64,000 bases of DNA from Verrucomicrobiota bacterium (GCA_027493615.1 JAOSKK010000001.1:175629-239628); one strand, 5' to 3'. Positions 11,360 through 21,324 are shown, counted from the first letter of the stretch. Notes: generated by a model from the sequence alone, not told the origin. Program-made: numbers and translations.

Positions 11360-11504
11360 CCGCCTCGCCGTCGTGATCGTCGATGACCAGCCGGCGGGGG
11401 TGGGGGGAACCGTCCTGTCCCTGCCGGACCTGCTCGGTGACCATGAACCGCGGCGGGTGCAGGCTGGAAGCCCGCACCGCAGGTTCAGGGAGCGCCTCCC
11501 TCAG

Positions 11505-11583
11505 CCCAATCCCTGATGTTCGTCATCGGCGGAGAATCCAGGACGGGGCGTCCCTCCACCGATGACGAACCTCGGGGATTGGG
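11505..11583. repeat. 79-bp imperfect palindrome (29-bp arms, 21-nt loop) in the divergent intergenic region upstream of the SNF2 gene
   Basis: Left arm CCCAATCCCTGATGTTCGTCATCGGCGGA (11505..11533). The reverse complement of the right arm (11555..11583) is CCCAATCCCCGAGGTTCGTCATCGGTGGA, which matches 26 of 29 positions. The loop itself contains GGACG-GGG-CGTCC. Confidence 0.6.
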
Positions 11584-11784
11584 GAGTGACGGGTCGGGCG
11601 GTGCATGGCCAGAAGGCGCCGCTTGCCCAGGGGTTTCTCATCCCCTCCCCGGCATCACCCCGCCCGGCAAAGGGCGGTCGCCGCAGCGGACGGCAGAATC
11701 CGCGCTTGACACACCGGGATGCAATGGATTGTCTTCTGCGCATCGTTAGGCGAGGCGTTTCCCACAGGTCCCTTGTGTTGAGGC

Positions 11785-14700
11785 TTGAAAGCGAAGAGAA
11801 TCCGCGAGCAGAAGGGCTTGCCTGACCCGGACAAACAAACGGCGCCGCAACTTGTGAACACCCAGTCATTCGTCCTTTCGTTGCCTGCCTGGCCGTGGCG
11901 CTGCCGTCCGGACTGCACGGCCCCCGTGATCGTCGTGCCCGAGGTGCGTGTTCCGCCGCCCCCGCGTTTCCCGGCGAACCTTCCGGTCACCCTCGAGGCA
12001 CCGGCCCGGCGGATCGGTGCACTGGCCAAGGTGGATCCTTCGCTGCTGACGAGCCAAGGCCCGGTGACCGTGGTCATCCGGTTCATGGATCCCCCGCTGA
12101 GTGTGGCGGCCGGGCCCAACGCCAAACGTGTGGGTCCCCGGCTGGATGCAGTCCAGCAAAGGGCCTACCACCGCCGGCTCATGGTGGGACAGGGTGCCGT
12201 GGTGAACACGGTGACGCGGAACGGGGGACGGGTTATCGCACGGTTGACGCGGTCGCTGAACGCAGTCATTGCCACCGTGGAGGCGACGGCGATCGTGCGG
12301 CTGGCCGAACTGGCGCCCGTCGTCACCATCCGGCCCGTGGGCAACTACGAACTGGACCTCTCGCAGACCGTCCCGCACGTGGGCGCCGCGGCGGTTCACG
12401 GGCTCGGTGTGGACGGCACCGGCGTGCGTGTGGCGGTGCTCGATTCCGGCGTTGATTACACACACCGCAACCTGGGCGGCGCCGGCACGGTCGAGGCCTA
12501 TCTGGCGGCCTACGGCGAGAGTGCCGAAGCCGACGCGAACAAGCGGCTCGACGGGCTCTTTCCCACACCGAAAGTGATCGGCGGCTACGACTTCGTGGGC
12601 GAGATCTGGCCGTTGGGCCCGGACGGTCTGGCTGGACCGCTGGCACCGGATCCGGATCCGATTGACCGGGAAGGTCACGGGACCCACGTGGCGGACATCA
12701 TCGCCGGGGAGAGCCTGGACGGGTTGCATCGGGGCGTGGCGCCCGGCGCGAGGCTGTATGCCTTCAAGGTGTGCAGCGCCGTTGCGACCTCCTGCAGCGG
12801 GGTGGCCATCCTTCAGGGGCTGGAGCGGGCGATGGACCCGGATGAGAATGGCGACCTCAGCGACGCCGTGGACGTGGTGAACCTCTCCCTGGGATCGTCT
12901 TACGGCCAGATCCAGGACGACAGCGCCGGCGCGGTGCAGAACCTGGTGGATTTTGGCATCGTGGTCGTTGCTTCCGCGGGCAACAGCGGCGACAAGCCGT
13001 ATGTGGTCGGGGCGCCCGCGATTGCGCCCGGCGTGATCAGCGTCGCCCAGACCCAGATGCCGTCGGCCTTCGCGATCGCCGTCCGCGCCACGCAGGACGG
13101 CGTCACGACCTTCTATCCAAACACCGTCATGGTGGATTGGGCCCCGGTCGTGGACGAGGTGACCGGGACGCTGGTGCTCGCGGGACGTGGGTGTCCCGGC
13201 GATGCCTATCCGGAGGGGGCAGATCTGGCCGGCAAGATCGCCCTGATCGACCGCGGCGTTTGTGCCGTAAGTCTGAAGGTGGACCAGGCGGCGAGGGCCG
13301 GGGCCGTCGGCGTGATCCTCGCCAACAACGTGCCGGGTGACCCACCGGGTTTCTCCTTCGGCGGCGGCGACACCCTGGTTCCGACCCTCGTCATCAGCCA
13401 GGCCGACGGCAACGCGTTGAAGGCTCTGCTGGCCTTGCCGAGCCCGGTGACCGTCACGTTTTCCCCGGACGTCGGCACGCCCTTGAGCGGGAGCCTGGTC
13501 GCGAGCTCCTCCCGTGGTCCGGCCCCGAGCAACCAGGCCATCAAACCGGACGTGGGCGCTCCGGGCGCATCGGTTTCGGCGGAGGTGGGCACCGGCGGCG
13601 GCGAAACCGCGTTCGGCGGCACCTCGGGCGCGGCGCCGATGGTGTCCGGGGCGGCGGCGCTGCTTCTGGAGGCCTTCCCGACGCTGGCCCCGCATGAGGT
13701 CAAGGCCCGGCTCATGAACACGGCCGAGCGGGACATCCTGGTGAATCCGGTCGCCCAGCCCGGCCTGTTGGCCCCCATCACGCGCATCGGCGCCGGCGAG
13801 GTTCGCGTGGACCGTGCCCACGCCACCGACACCATCGCCTACGACCGGGATTCGAGGATCGCGAGCCTCTCCTTCGGCTACCGCTCGATCAACGCGGCAT
13901 CCCCGGTCACGACGCTGCGCAAGACCGTCGAGATCGCCAATCTGGGTTCCGCCCCGCGGACGTACACCGCCGAGAACTTGTTCCGCTACGCGGAGGACGC
14001 GGCGACGGCGGCCGTGACGGTGACCTTCACCCCGCCCTCGATTGACGTGCCGGCGGGTGGGGTGGGCTACCTCCGGGTTTCCCTGACGGTGAACCCCGCG
14101 TTGCTGCCGGACTGGTTCCTTGCGGGAGGCGCCCGCGGCGGCGACGGCGAGGCGCTGCGCTTGAACGAGTTCGACGGCCATGTGCTGATCCGCGGCGGCG
14201 CGGAGACCATCGCGCTTCCCTGGCACCTCCTCCCGCGCAAGGCGGCCGACATGCGTCCCGATACGAGACACTTGTGGCTCGTCGGAGATCCCGGCGAGGA
14301 ATCGGGAGTCGTCACGGTGGGCAACACCTGGGGGAGTACGGCGGGGGTGACGGAGGTGTTTGATCTGCTCGGCACCAGTCCTCTCGACTACCCTTCCCCG
14401 CCACTGCCGGGCGCGGATTACGCGCTGGTCGACCTCAAGTCGTTTGGCGCGCGGACCTTCATCGCCGGGGACGTCCCTTATGTGGAGTTCGCCGTCGCCA
14501 CGCACGGCGAACCGGCGCATCCAAACTACCCGGCCGGGATCGAAATCGACATCGACGTTACCGGGGACGGCGACCCGGACTTCGCCGTGTACCATCGGGA
14601 ACTGACCGGGTTTGCGCAGACCGGACAGAACGTGACGGCGGTCTACAATGTCGCCACGAAGACCGAGCTGCCCGTGCGGTTTTTCACGGACTGCGATCTG

Positions 14701-15054
14701 GATGCCAGCGTCATGGTGTTCCGGGTGCGCCTTTCTGACCTGGGCATCGGCCTGGGCGACCCCATGCAGATCATTGTCTGGGGCTACGACAACTATTTCA
14801 CGGGTTGGACCACGGACTACATCGCTGACGGGGCTTACCTGATCCTGTACACGCCGGGGGTGCCGCGGTTCGATGCCGGACCGCAGAGCCTGTCCGCGGC
14901 TGCCGGGGCCCGCGCGGCGCTGGCGGTTCGGCGAGACCCCGTCTGGGGCCCGCTGGCAGATCTCTATTCGCCGTCTCACACGGGCCTCCTGCTGCTCCAC
15001 CGTCAGGCCGCCTCGCGTCGTTGGACGGACGAGATTGAGGTCACCGTGCCCTGA
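11785..15054 (+). CDS. Secreted subtilisin-like serine protease (peptidase S8) with a PA-domain insert and a long C-terminal extension
   Basis: Catalytic triad motifs 'VAVLDSGVDYTH', 'HGTHVADIIAG' and 'GTSGAAPMVSGAAALL'. PA-like insert 'GKIALIDRGVCAVSLKVDQAARAGAVGVILANN'. The N-terminus is uncertain: a signal-peptide-like segment (..IRPFVACLAVALPSGLHG) is encoded in another frame just before the C5 run 11921..11925, which suggests one more indel. The 1,075-aa minus ORF 11866..15093 is an antisense shadow. Confidence 0.9.
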   Translation: MKAKRIREQKGLPDPDKQTAPQLVNTQSFVLSLPAWPWRCRPDCTAPVIVVPEVRVPPPPRFPANLPVTLEAPARRIGALAKVDPSLLTSQGPVTVVIRFMDPPLSVAAGPNAKRVGPRLDAVQQRAYHRRLMVGQGAVVNTVTRNGGRVIARLTRSLNAVIATVEATAIVRLAELAPVVTIRPVGNYELDLSQTVPHVGAAAVHGLGVDGTGVRVAVLDSGVDYTHRNLGGAGTVEAYLAAYGESAEADANKRLDGLFPTPKVIGGYDFVGEIWPLGPDGLAGPLAPDPDPIDREGHGTHVADIIAGESLDGLHRGVAPGARLYAFKVCSAVATSCSGVAILQGLERAMDPDENGDLSDAVDVVNLSLGSSYGQIQDDSAGAVQNLVDFGIVVVASAGNSGDKPYVVGAPAIAPGVISVAQTQMPSAFAIAVRATQDGVTTFYPNTVMVDWAPVVDEVTGTLVLAGRGCPGDAYPEGADLAGKIALIDRGVCAVSLKVDQAARAGAVGVILANNVPGDPPGFSFGGGDTLVPTLVISQADGNALKALLALPSPVTVTFSPDVGTPLSGSLVASSSRGPAPSNQAIKPDVGAPGASVSAEVGTGGGETAFGGTSGAAPMVSGAAALLLEAFPTLAPHEVKARLMNTAERDILVNPVAQPGLLAPITRIGAGEVRVDRAHATDTIAYDRDSRIASLSFGYRSINAASPVTTLRKTVEIANLGSAPRTYTAENLFRYAEDAATAAVTVTFTPPSIDVPAGGVGYLRVSLTVNPALLPDWFLAGGARGGDGEALRLNEFDGHVLIRGGAETIALPWHLLPRKAADMRPDTRHLWLVGDPGEESGVVTVGNTWGSTAGVTEVFDLLGTSPLDYPSPPLPGADYALVDLKSFGARTFIAGDVPYVEFAVATHGEPAHPNYPAGIEIDIDVTGDGDPDFAVYHRELTGFAQTGQNVTAVYNVATKTELPVRFFTDCDLDASVMVFRVRLSDLGIGLGDPMQIIVWGYDNYFTGWTTDYIADGAYLILYTPGVPRFDAGPQSLSAAAGARAALAVRRDPVWGPLADLYSPSHTGLLLLHRQAASRRWTDEIEVTVP

Positions 15055-15153
15055 GCCGAGCCACCGCAAGGCCGAACCGTGGACAACTTCCATTCATGCT
15101 GCGCCGAGCCGCAAGCGGATTGCCCCTCACCCTGTTTGCACAGACGCCACCCC

Positions 15154-15794
15154 ATGAAAGCCATCCCCACCCGCATCGCCGCACCGTGCCGCCCGGTCAG
15201 CCGCTGGATCCTTGCTGCCGCAGTGCTGGGCGCCGCCCCGCGACTGCGGTCGCGCAGGTCTTGCTCGACTTCGAGGGGATCCCATCGAGCTACAACTACG
15301 ACGGTGGTGGGCTGAACCTCGGTGGCTACTATGCCGGCCAGCCTGGCGGACCGACCTTTGGCCCGCAGGCCACCGTCCTCGAGGTGGGCGGGAGTTTGAA
15401 CGACGCCCTTTACCCGCCGAAATCGGGGACGGCCACTCTTTGGGGTGAGGGGCAGGACATCGAACTCACCTTCACCACCGCCCCGGCGCAAAGCGTCCGC
15501 TTGTATTACCGCTCGAATGCGGAGGTGTTCCTGTTCGCGTACGACGGCTTGAACGCGCTGCTGGGGTCCACCAGCGGAGCGGCCAGTCTGGGCGGTGATC
15601 CGGAAGGGCTCCTCGATTTCACGGCGTCGGGCCTCGACGGCATCGCCCGTGTGCTGATCCTGGGGCCGGCCGGTGCGTTCATCGTTGATGACGTGGCCTA
15701 CCACCCCGTGCCGGTCGTGCCGGAACCGGCCCACGTCGCGCTGGTGTCCGGCCTGGGGCTCCTGGGATTTGCGGTGTGGCGACGCCGGGCTTGA
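15154..15794 (+). CDS. PEP-CTERM sorting-domain protein (exosortase substrate); frame broken once
   Basis: The C-terminus 'VPEPAHVALVSGLGLLGFAVWRRRA' is a PEP motif, a TM helix and a basic tail. The signal peptide 'MKAIPTRIAAPCRPVSRWILAAAVLGAAP' (ATG 15154, frame of ORF 15079..15315) joins the frame of 15096..15794 at the C4 run 15236..15239. Confidence 0.8.
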
Positions 15795-15863
15795 CCGCCG
15801 CGAGGGCGGGAACCGCGCGCCTCCTCTGGCTTCGGCGTCCCCGGTGCAAGCCGGCCCGGGCCT

Positions 15864-17430
15864 TCAGCGCGGACGATAGCTCAGGGCCAGCGCCCGGCGC
15901 AGCTCTTCGCGGTTCAACGCGTCGTGGAAGTCGATGGGGTTGAAGTCGTCCGTCAAGACGCGGCCGCGGTCGGGCGCGGTGTGACGACGGCTGGCGAACG
16001 CTTCTTCAACCCGACCCCGGATCATCCAGGGGACGCCGGCGAAATCGGGCGTCTGGCGCAGCGTCAGGTCCGGGCGATCCGACGCCACGAAGAACACGTT
16101 GCCGTTGCCGGCGGCGTGGATGCGGTGTTGGGCGAAGACCGCGGCCAGCGTGCGTGACAGTGAACTGATCAGGAAGTCCCGGCCGGGGGTGAAGTCGCCG
16201 AACGCATTCATCACCAGCACCCCGCCGGGCTTGAGGCAGCGGCGCATGGCGGCGAAGGCCTCGCGGGTCATCAGGTGGGAGGGCGGGGATTCGCCGAGGA
16301 AGGCGTCGAGCACCAGCACGTCATACCGCTCGGCCGTCGTCATGAGGAACTGCCGCCCGTCACCGAGGTGCAACCGCACGCGGGCGGGGTCGAAGTCGAA
16401 GAACCGTTCGGCCACCGGCACCGCGGCGGGATTGATCTCGACGACGTCGACGCGGGCGCCTTCGCGCGCGAACTGCATCGGCACAATGCCGATGCCCAGG
16501 CCGATGCAGAGAACCGTCTGGGCTTCGGGCGCATAGCCGCGCCCCAGACCATGCAACAGGTAGGTGAACAGGGACAGGCTCTGACCGGTCTGCGGGTTGT
16601 AGGTGTTCTGGCTGAGGAGGTCGTTCAAGTAGTACCGCGCTTGGCCTTCCTCGCTCTCCAGCACTTGCAGCATCCCAAAGTTCGAGTTGCCCCGATAAAG
16701 CTCACGCCACCCGGTCTGCGGCGCGAACGGCGGGCGCATCGCCCCGAGGAACCCCAGGAACGCGGTCACTCCGCCGAGGACCAGCACCGGCGCCAGCGTG
16801 CGGCGCTGCCAGACGGCAAAGTACCCCACGGCCACCAGCAGCAACGCCACCGCGCAGGCGTACAGGGTCATCGAGTTGGGCATGCGCGGGATCAGCACAT
16901 ACCCGGCCAGCACGGTGCCCGCCACGCTGCCCAGCGTGCTCAAGGCGGTCAAACGCCCCACGTTCCAGCCCACCGCAGTCACTGCCGACGTGAGCACCCG
17001 CGCGAAGAAGGGCCCGACCATGGCCAGCAAGGCGAGGGGCACGAAGAACAGGAACAGCGCCCCCAACACCGACCCGGATTCGATCCCGAAGCGCAGGCAG
17101 AAGAAGGCCGCCGGTTCCGCCGCCAGCACCGCCCCGCACAACCACGCGCTCGCCCCCGCGATCCCGCCGTACACCCACGCCGGGCGCGGCGACTTGTCCG
17201 CCACCCATCCCCCGGCCGCGTACCCCGCCGCCAGCGCCAGCAGCGTCACGCCAATCTGCGCGGTCCAGACAAAATGCGAGGTGCCGAAGTACGGCGCCAG
17301 CAGCTTGGCCCCGACGATCTCGGACGACCATGATCACCCCGCCGGTGAGGGCGGCGGTCACGAACAGGAACCGGCGCAGACCCGTGGACAGCGTTGAACC
17401 GGCCGGCGCCGCGGTGCGGAATGGTTTCAC
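15864..17430 (-). CDS. Membrane-anchored spermidine synthase-like (polyamine aminopropyltransferase family) protein; frame broken once
   Basis: ORF 15864..17249 has several TM segments followed by a methyltransferase-fold domain ('VLCIGLGIGIVP', 'VDVVEINPAAV', 'YDVLVLDAF'). The N-terminus 'VKPFRTAAPAGSTLSTGLRRFLFVTAALTGGVIMVV' (GTG 17430) lies in the frame of ORF 16702..17523 and joins near 17325 (...EIVGAKLLAPYFGTSHFVWTAQIG...). Confidence 0.8.
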
Positions 17431-17517
17431 CCGCTTGTTGTAGGGGGACCGATCCCTGGCGGCAAGTCGGGGCAATCGTCGCTTGGCAGAGCCCCCTGGC
17501 CGGCCTAGGCTGCGCCT

Positions 17518-18070
17518 GTGCAATCCGCGCTCCGTTTCGCCGCGATCCTTAATGCCGCGGTCTGGCTGGGGGCCACGGTGTTCTTCACCGTGGGCGCGGC
17601 GCCCGCCATTTTTTCCGAGGCCATGGCGTCCTTCCTGCCGGCGCCTTTACCGGGCGCGCGTGGCCGAGCTGGTGATCGCCCGGCTGATCGTGGTGCAGCA
17701 GGTCTGCGGGCTGGTGGCGCTCGGGTTGCTCGTGGTTGAGTTCATCCGTGCCGGACGAGTGACGCGGCGGGTGACCCTGGGGGTGGTGTCAGGTCTCTTT
17801 GCCGCGAGCCTGCTTGCCGGGTTTGCCTTCGCGCCCAAGATGCACTCGCTCCAGCAAGTCCGGTATTCGGCCCGGTCGACCCCCGCGGAACGGGAGGCCG
17901 CCGAACGCACCTTCAGCGTGCTGCACGGCCTTTCGCAGGCGTTGAACGTCTTCGTGCTGGCCGGCCTGGTCTTCCACCTCTGGCAGGTCACGCGTCCTCC
18001 CGAGACGCCGCGTTGGAACGTCTTCCGTTCCGCCGCGCCCTCCGACGGGACGGTCCCGCGAATGTTGTGA
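17518..18070 (+). CDS. Small multi-pass membrane protein (DUF4149/TMEM205-like); frame broken once
   Basis: 'MQSALRFAAILNAAVWLGATVFFTVGAAPAIFSEAMASFLPAP' (ORF 17518..17739) continues in the frame of ORF 17483..18070 ('YRARVAELVIARLIVVQQVCGLVALGLLVVEF...LSQALNVFVLAGLVFHLWQV') after a shift near 17645. The family assignment is only from general resemblance. Confidence 0.5.
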
Positions 18071-18130
18071 GTGCGTGAGCTCCGCCGGTGCGCTTGACGC
18101 CCCGACCGCACCCGATAGTGTGGCCGCCTC

Positions 18131-18920
18131 ATGAAGCGTCCCTTCTCTGGCCGCGCCGAGCCGCGCGCGCCGCTCCTGGAGGCATTCTCCCGCGGCTTCA
18201 CGTTGATCGAGTTGCTGGTCGTGATCGCGATCATCGCCATCCTCGCGAGCCTCCTGTTGCCGGCGCTGGCCAAGGCCAAGGAGAAGGCCCACCGCACCGC
18301 CTGCATCAGCAACCTCAAGCAGATCGGCCTCGCCATGCATTTGTATGCCGACGACAACCGGGATCAGATGGCGCCGCCGAACTGGGGCAACGCTGCCCCC
18401 GGCTGGCTCTACACACCCGTCGGAGGCCGCCCCCCGCAACTCAACCGCACCAACGAGACCCTTCCCTACCAGACCGGCCTGTTCTGGCCTTATGTCAACG
18501 CCACCCGCGTCTACATCTGTCCCACTGACCGCACCAACGCCGTCAACTGGAAGGCCCGCGACAACAAGCTCTCCACCTACACCATGAACGGTGCCGTCTC
18601 GAACTACGGCGCGCTCGCCGACCGCAAGCCCAGCACGTACAAGCTCGGCCAGTTCAACCCCGCCGCCTACGTCCTCTGGGAGCCGGATGAAGATCTCTAC
18701 ATCAAAATGTGGGGCTTCAACGGCGTCTACAACGACGCCAGCAACGAACCCGACCTCGCCTGCGGCGTGGGCCGCCGCCACATCAAAGGCGCCGACCTGC
18801 TCGGCTTCGGCGGTCATGTCCTCTTCATCCAGTTCCTCGCCTTCGAACGCGAACGCGAAAACAAACCCGGCCTCCTGTGGTGCGTCCCCGGACGACCCGC
18901 GCGGTGGCGCCACCCGCTAA
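18131..18920 (+). CDS. Prepilin-type N-terminal cleavage/methylation domain protein (DUF1559 / H-X9-DG-like pseudopilin family)
   Basis: '[32 protein letters not shown]' is the canonical type IV pilin-like signal. The C-terminal part '[21 protein letters not shown]...LLWCVP' resembles the H-X9-DG family ending. The in-frame stop is missing: the track shows a 943-aa ORF running on to 20962. One extra G near 18889 would explain this, and the repaired reading ends ...[13 protein letters not shown] at TAA 18918..18920. The 3' end is therefore uncertain. Confidence 0.8.
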
Positions 18921-18962
18921 CCCGGTCGCTCCTTGGACCGCCCGAAACCGCCAGAGACGACG

Positions 18963-19033
18963 GTAGGCGCCGACGTGAGGAGGCGCCGTCGCGTCGCCCC
19001 CGAACCGCAACGCCTCCTCAGGTCGGCGCCTAC
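18963..19033. repeat. REP-like palindromic element, single unit (site A)
   Basis: Left arm GTAGGCGCCGACGTGAGGAGGCG (18963..18985), a 25-nt loop, and right arm CGCCTCCTCAGGTCGGCGCCTAC (19011..19033). The arms are complementary at 22 of 23 positions. Confidence 0.85.
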
Positions 19034-19078
19034 GTCGGGTCTGAATTGTCCGCGCCAGCCAACTATCTCCCTCCCCGC

Positions 19079-21285
19079 ATGCGTTCCTCCCCTCCCGTTC
19101 CCCGAACCCGCCAGGCGTCGGCCGGCACCTTCGCCCTGTTGACACTCCTCGTTCTCCCCAGCCTCCGGGCTCTGCCGCCCACGCCGGCGCCTGAGCCTGA
19201 TTGGCTGTTGGCGGCCGACACCGGACCCGCCCGGGTCGTGGAATCCCCTGCTGGCAACGAGCTGCGACTCGAGAATGGTCTGGTGCGCCGCACCTTCCGG
19301 CTGGCGCCCGCGGTGGCCACCGTGGGGTTGGACCACCTCCGCACCGGGGTCAGCTTCCTGCGCGCCGTCAAACCGGAGGCCCTCCTGACCCTCAACGGCC
19401 AGGAATACCCCGTGGGCGGACTCCACGGTCAACCCAACCACGCGTACCTGCTCCCCGAGTGGATCGCGGCCCTGCGCCCCAATTCCAACGCCTTTTCCCT
19501 CCAGCACTGGCGCGCCGGCCAGCCCGTCGCACCGTTTGCCTGGAAACGCAAACGCCACAGCGCCGACCTCCCCTGGCCGCCGCCCGGCGCCACCCTGGAC
19601 TTCACCTACACCGGACCCGATGCCGCCACCCGCGGCGTGGCCGTCACCGTCCATTACGAGCTCTACGACGGCCTGCCGGTGCTGGGGAAATGGCTCACCG
19701 TCAGCAACGGCACCAGCCAACCCCTCACCCTGGACCGCGTCACCACCGAAGTCCTCGCCGCGGTCGAGGCGGAGTCGGCCGTCGATTCGCGCCCCACCAA
19801 CCGCTGGCGGCTTCCCCCGCTCGCGGTGCTCAGCGACTACAGCTTCGGTGGCATGGACCCGGTCACGTCGAGTCGCGTCACCGAATGGGTGGCCGACCCC
19901 GAGTACCGCACCCAGGTCCATTACGCCCGGCTGACACCCTGCCTGTTGCTCTGCCGGCCGCCGATCGGTCCCGGCGTGACCCTGGCCCCCGGCGAGGTCT
20001 GGCGTTCCTTCCGCGTCTGGCTCGTCCTGCACGACAGCGACCAGCGGGAACGACAGGGGTTGGCCTTGCGCCGCGCCCAGCGCGTCCTGGCGCCCTGGAT
20101 CACAGAGAACCCCATCATGATGCATGTGCGCAGTGCCGACACCGCCACCTTCCGCGCCGCCGTCGACCAGTGCGCTGCCGTCGGGTTCGAGATGATCATC
20201 TACACGTTCGGCAGCGGGCTGAACATGGAGAGCGAGGACCCCGCATACCTGGCCCGCATCAAGGCGGACGTCGATTACGCCCACGCGCACAGCCTCGAGG
20301 TCGGCGCCTACTCCCTGTTCAGCAGCCGCCGCATCGACGACGCCAACGACGTCATCCACCCCGACACCGGCAAACCCGGCGGCGCCATCTTCGGCAACGC
20401 CCCCTGTCTGGCCAGCGTTTGGGGCACCCACTACCTCCGTCGCGTCCGGAATTTCATCGAGCAGACCGGGCTTGATCTGCTGGAACATGACGGCCCGTAC
20501 CCCGGCGACGTGTGCGCCTCGACCTCGCACCCGGGGCATCGCGGGCTGGCGGACTCGCAATGGGTGCAATGGCGCATGAGCGCTGACTTTTACGCCTGGT
20601 GCCGCGAGCGCGGGGTCTACGTCAACGCGCCGGACTACTACTTCTTCACCGGCTCGAACAAGACCGGCATGGGCTACCGCGAGGACAACTGGTCCCTCCC
20701 GCGGGCGCAGCAGCTCATCCACGGCCGGCAGAACATCTTCGATGGCACCTTCGAGAAAACCCCTCGATGGGCTGGATGTTCGTCCCGCTCACCGAGTATC
20801 ACGGCGGTGGGGCGGCGGCGACGCTCGAACCGTTGCGCGACCATCTCGCCGACTACGAGGCGCACCTTGCCAACAACTTCGGCGCCGGCGTCCAGGCCTG
20901 TTACCGCGGGCCGCGCCTCTATGACTCGGACGAGACACAGGCCGTCGTCCGCCGGTGGGTGAGCTGGTTCAAGGAATACCGCGAGATCCTCGAGGCGGAC
21001 ATCATTCATCTCCGCCGCGCCGACGGCCGCGATCTCGACTACTTCCTCCACGTCCATCCCGGCCGACCCCGTTGCGGGCTGGCGATGATCTACAATCCGC
21101 TCCCCGAACCGGTGCGCCGGAACCTCACGCTGCCGCTGTATTACACGGGACTCACCGAGGCCGCCTCGATCCGGCAGGAAGAAGGCCCGCGGCGCCGCTA
21201 CGAACTGGACCGCTACCACCAGGCGAGCGTCGAGGTCGAGGTCCCCGCCCACGGCCGGACCTGGTTGTTGATCGAACAGCCTTGA
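19079..21285 (+). CDS. Secreted hypothetical protein, possibly a TIM-barrel glycoside-hydrolase-like enzyme (family not assigned); frame broken once
   Basis: ATG 19079, with signal-like '[17 protein letters not shown]'. There is a long conserved-looking body ('[16 protein letters not shown]', '[20 protein letters not shown]'). At the C4 run 20760..20763 the frame of 18131..20962 joins that of 20599..21285 (...FEKTP / [16 protein letters not shown]...). The function is inferred only from composition and context. Confidence 0.6.
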
Positions 21286-21324
21286 GAGCCGGTCGGCGAA
21301 GATCGCGACAGATGGCGACAGACG

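Noticed and set aside
11706-11711. A perfect TTGACA hexamer upstream of the protease gene was considered as a -35 promoter element.
   Set aside because: I could identify no acceptable -10 hexamer at 16-19 nt spacing, so it is not reportable as a promoter on sequence alone.
11866-15093. Very long ORFs antisense to recognised genes. Examples: 11866..15093 (1,075 aa), 22792..25302 (836 aa), 38889..41144 (751 aa), 18917..20722, 48335..49678, 61986..63626, 5..907, 1448..2230, 6553..7542, 7930..8910, 9151..10077 and 16275..17333.
   Set aside because: Their translations are Arg/Gly/Ala/Pro/His-rich with no family motifs, while the opposite strand carries unambiguous catalytic motifs. GC-rich DNA lacks stop codons on the antisense strand, which produces shadow ORFs.
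18131-20962. The 943-aa fusion ORF was considered as a genuine pseudopilin-hydrolase fusion protein.
   Set aside because: It reads through a REP element. The second half has its own start and signal peptide. A single-base correction restores a family-typical C-terminus and stop for the first gene.
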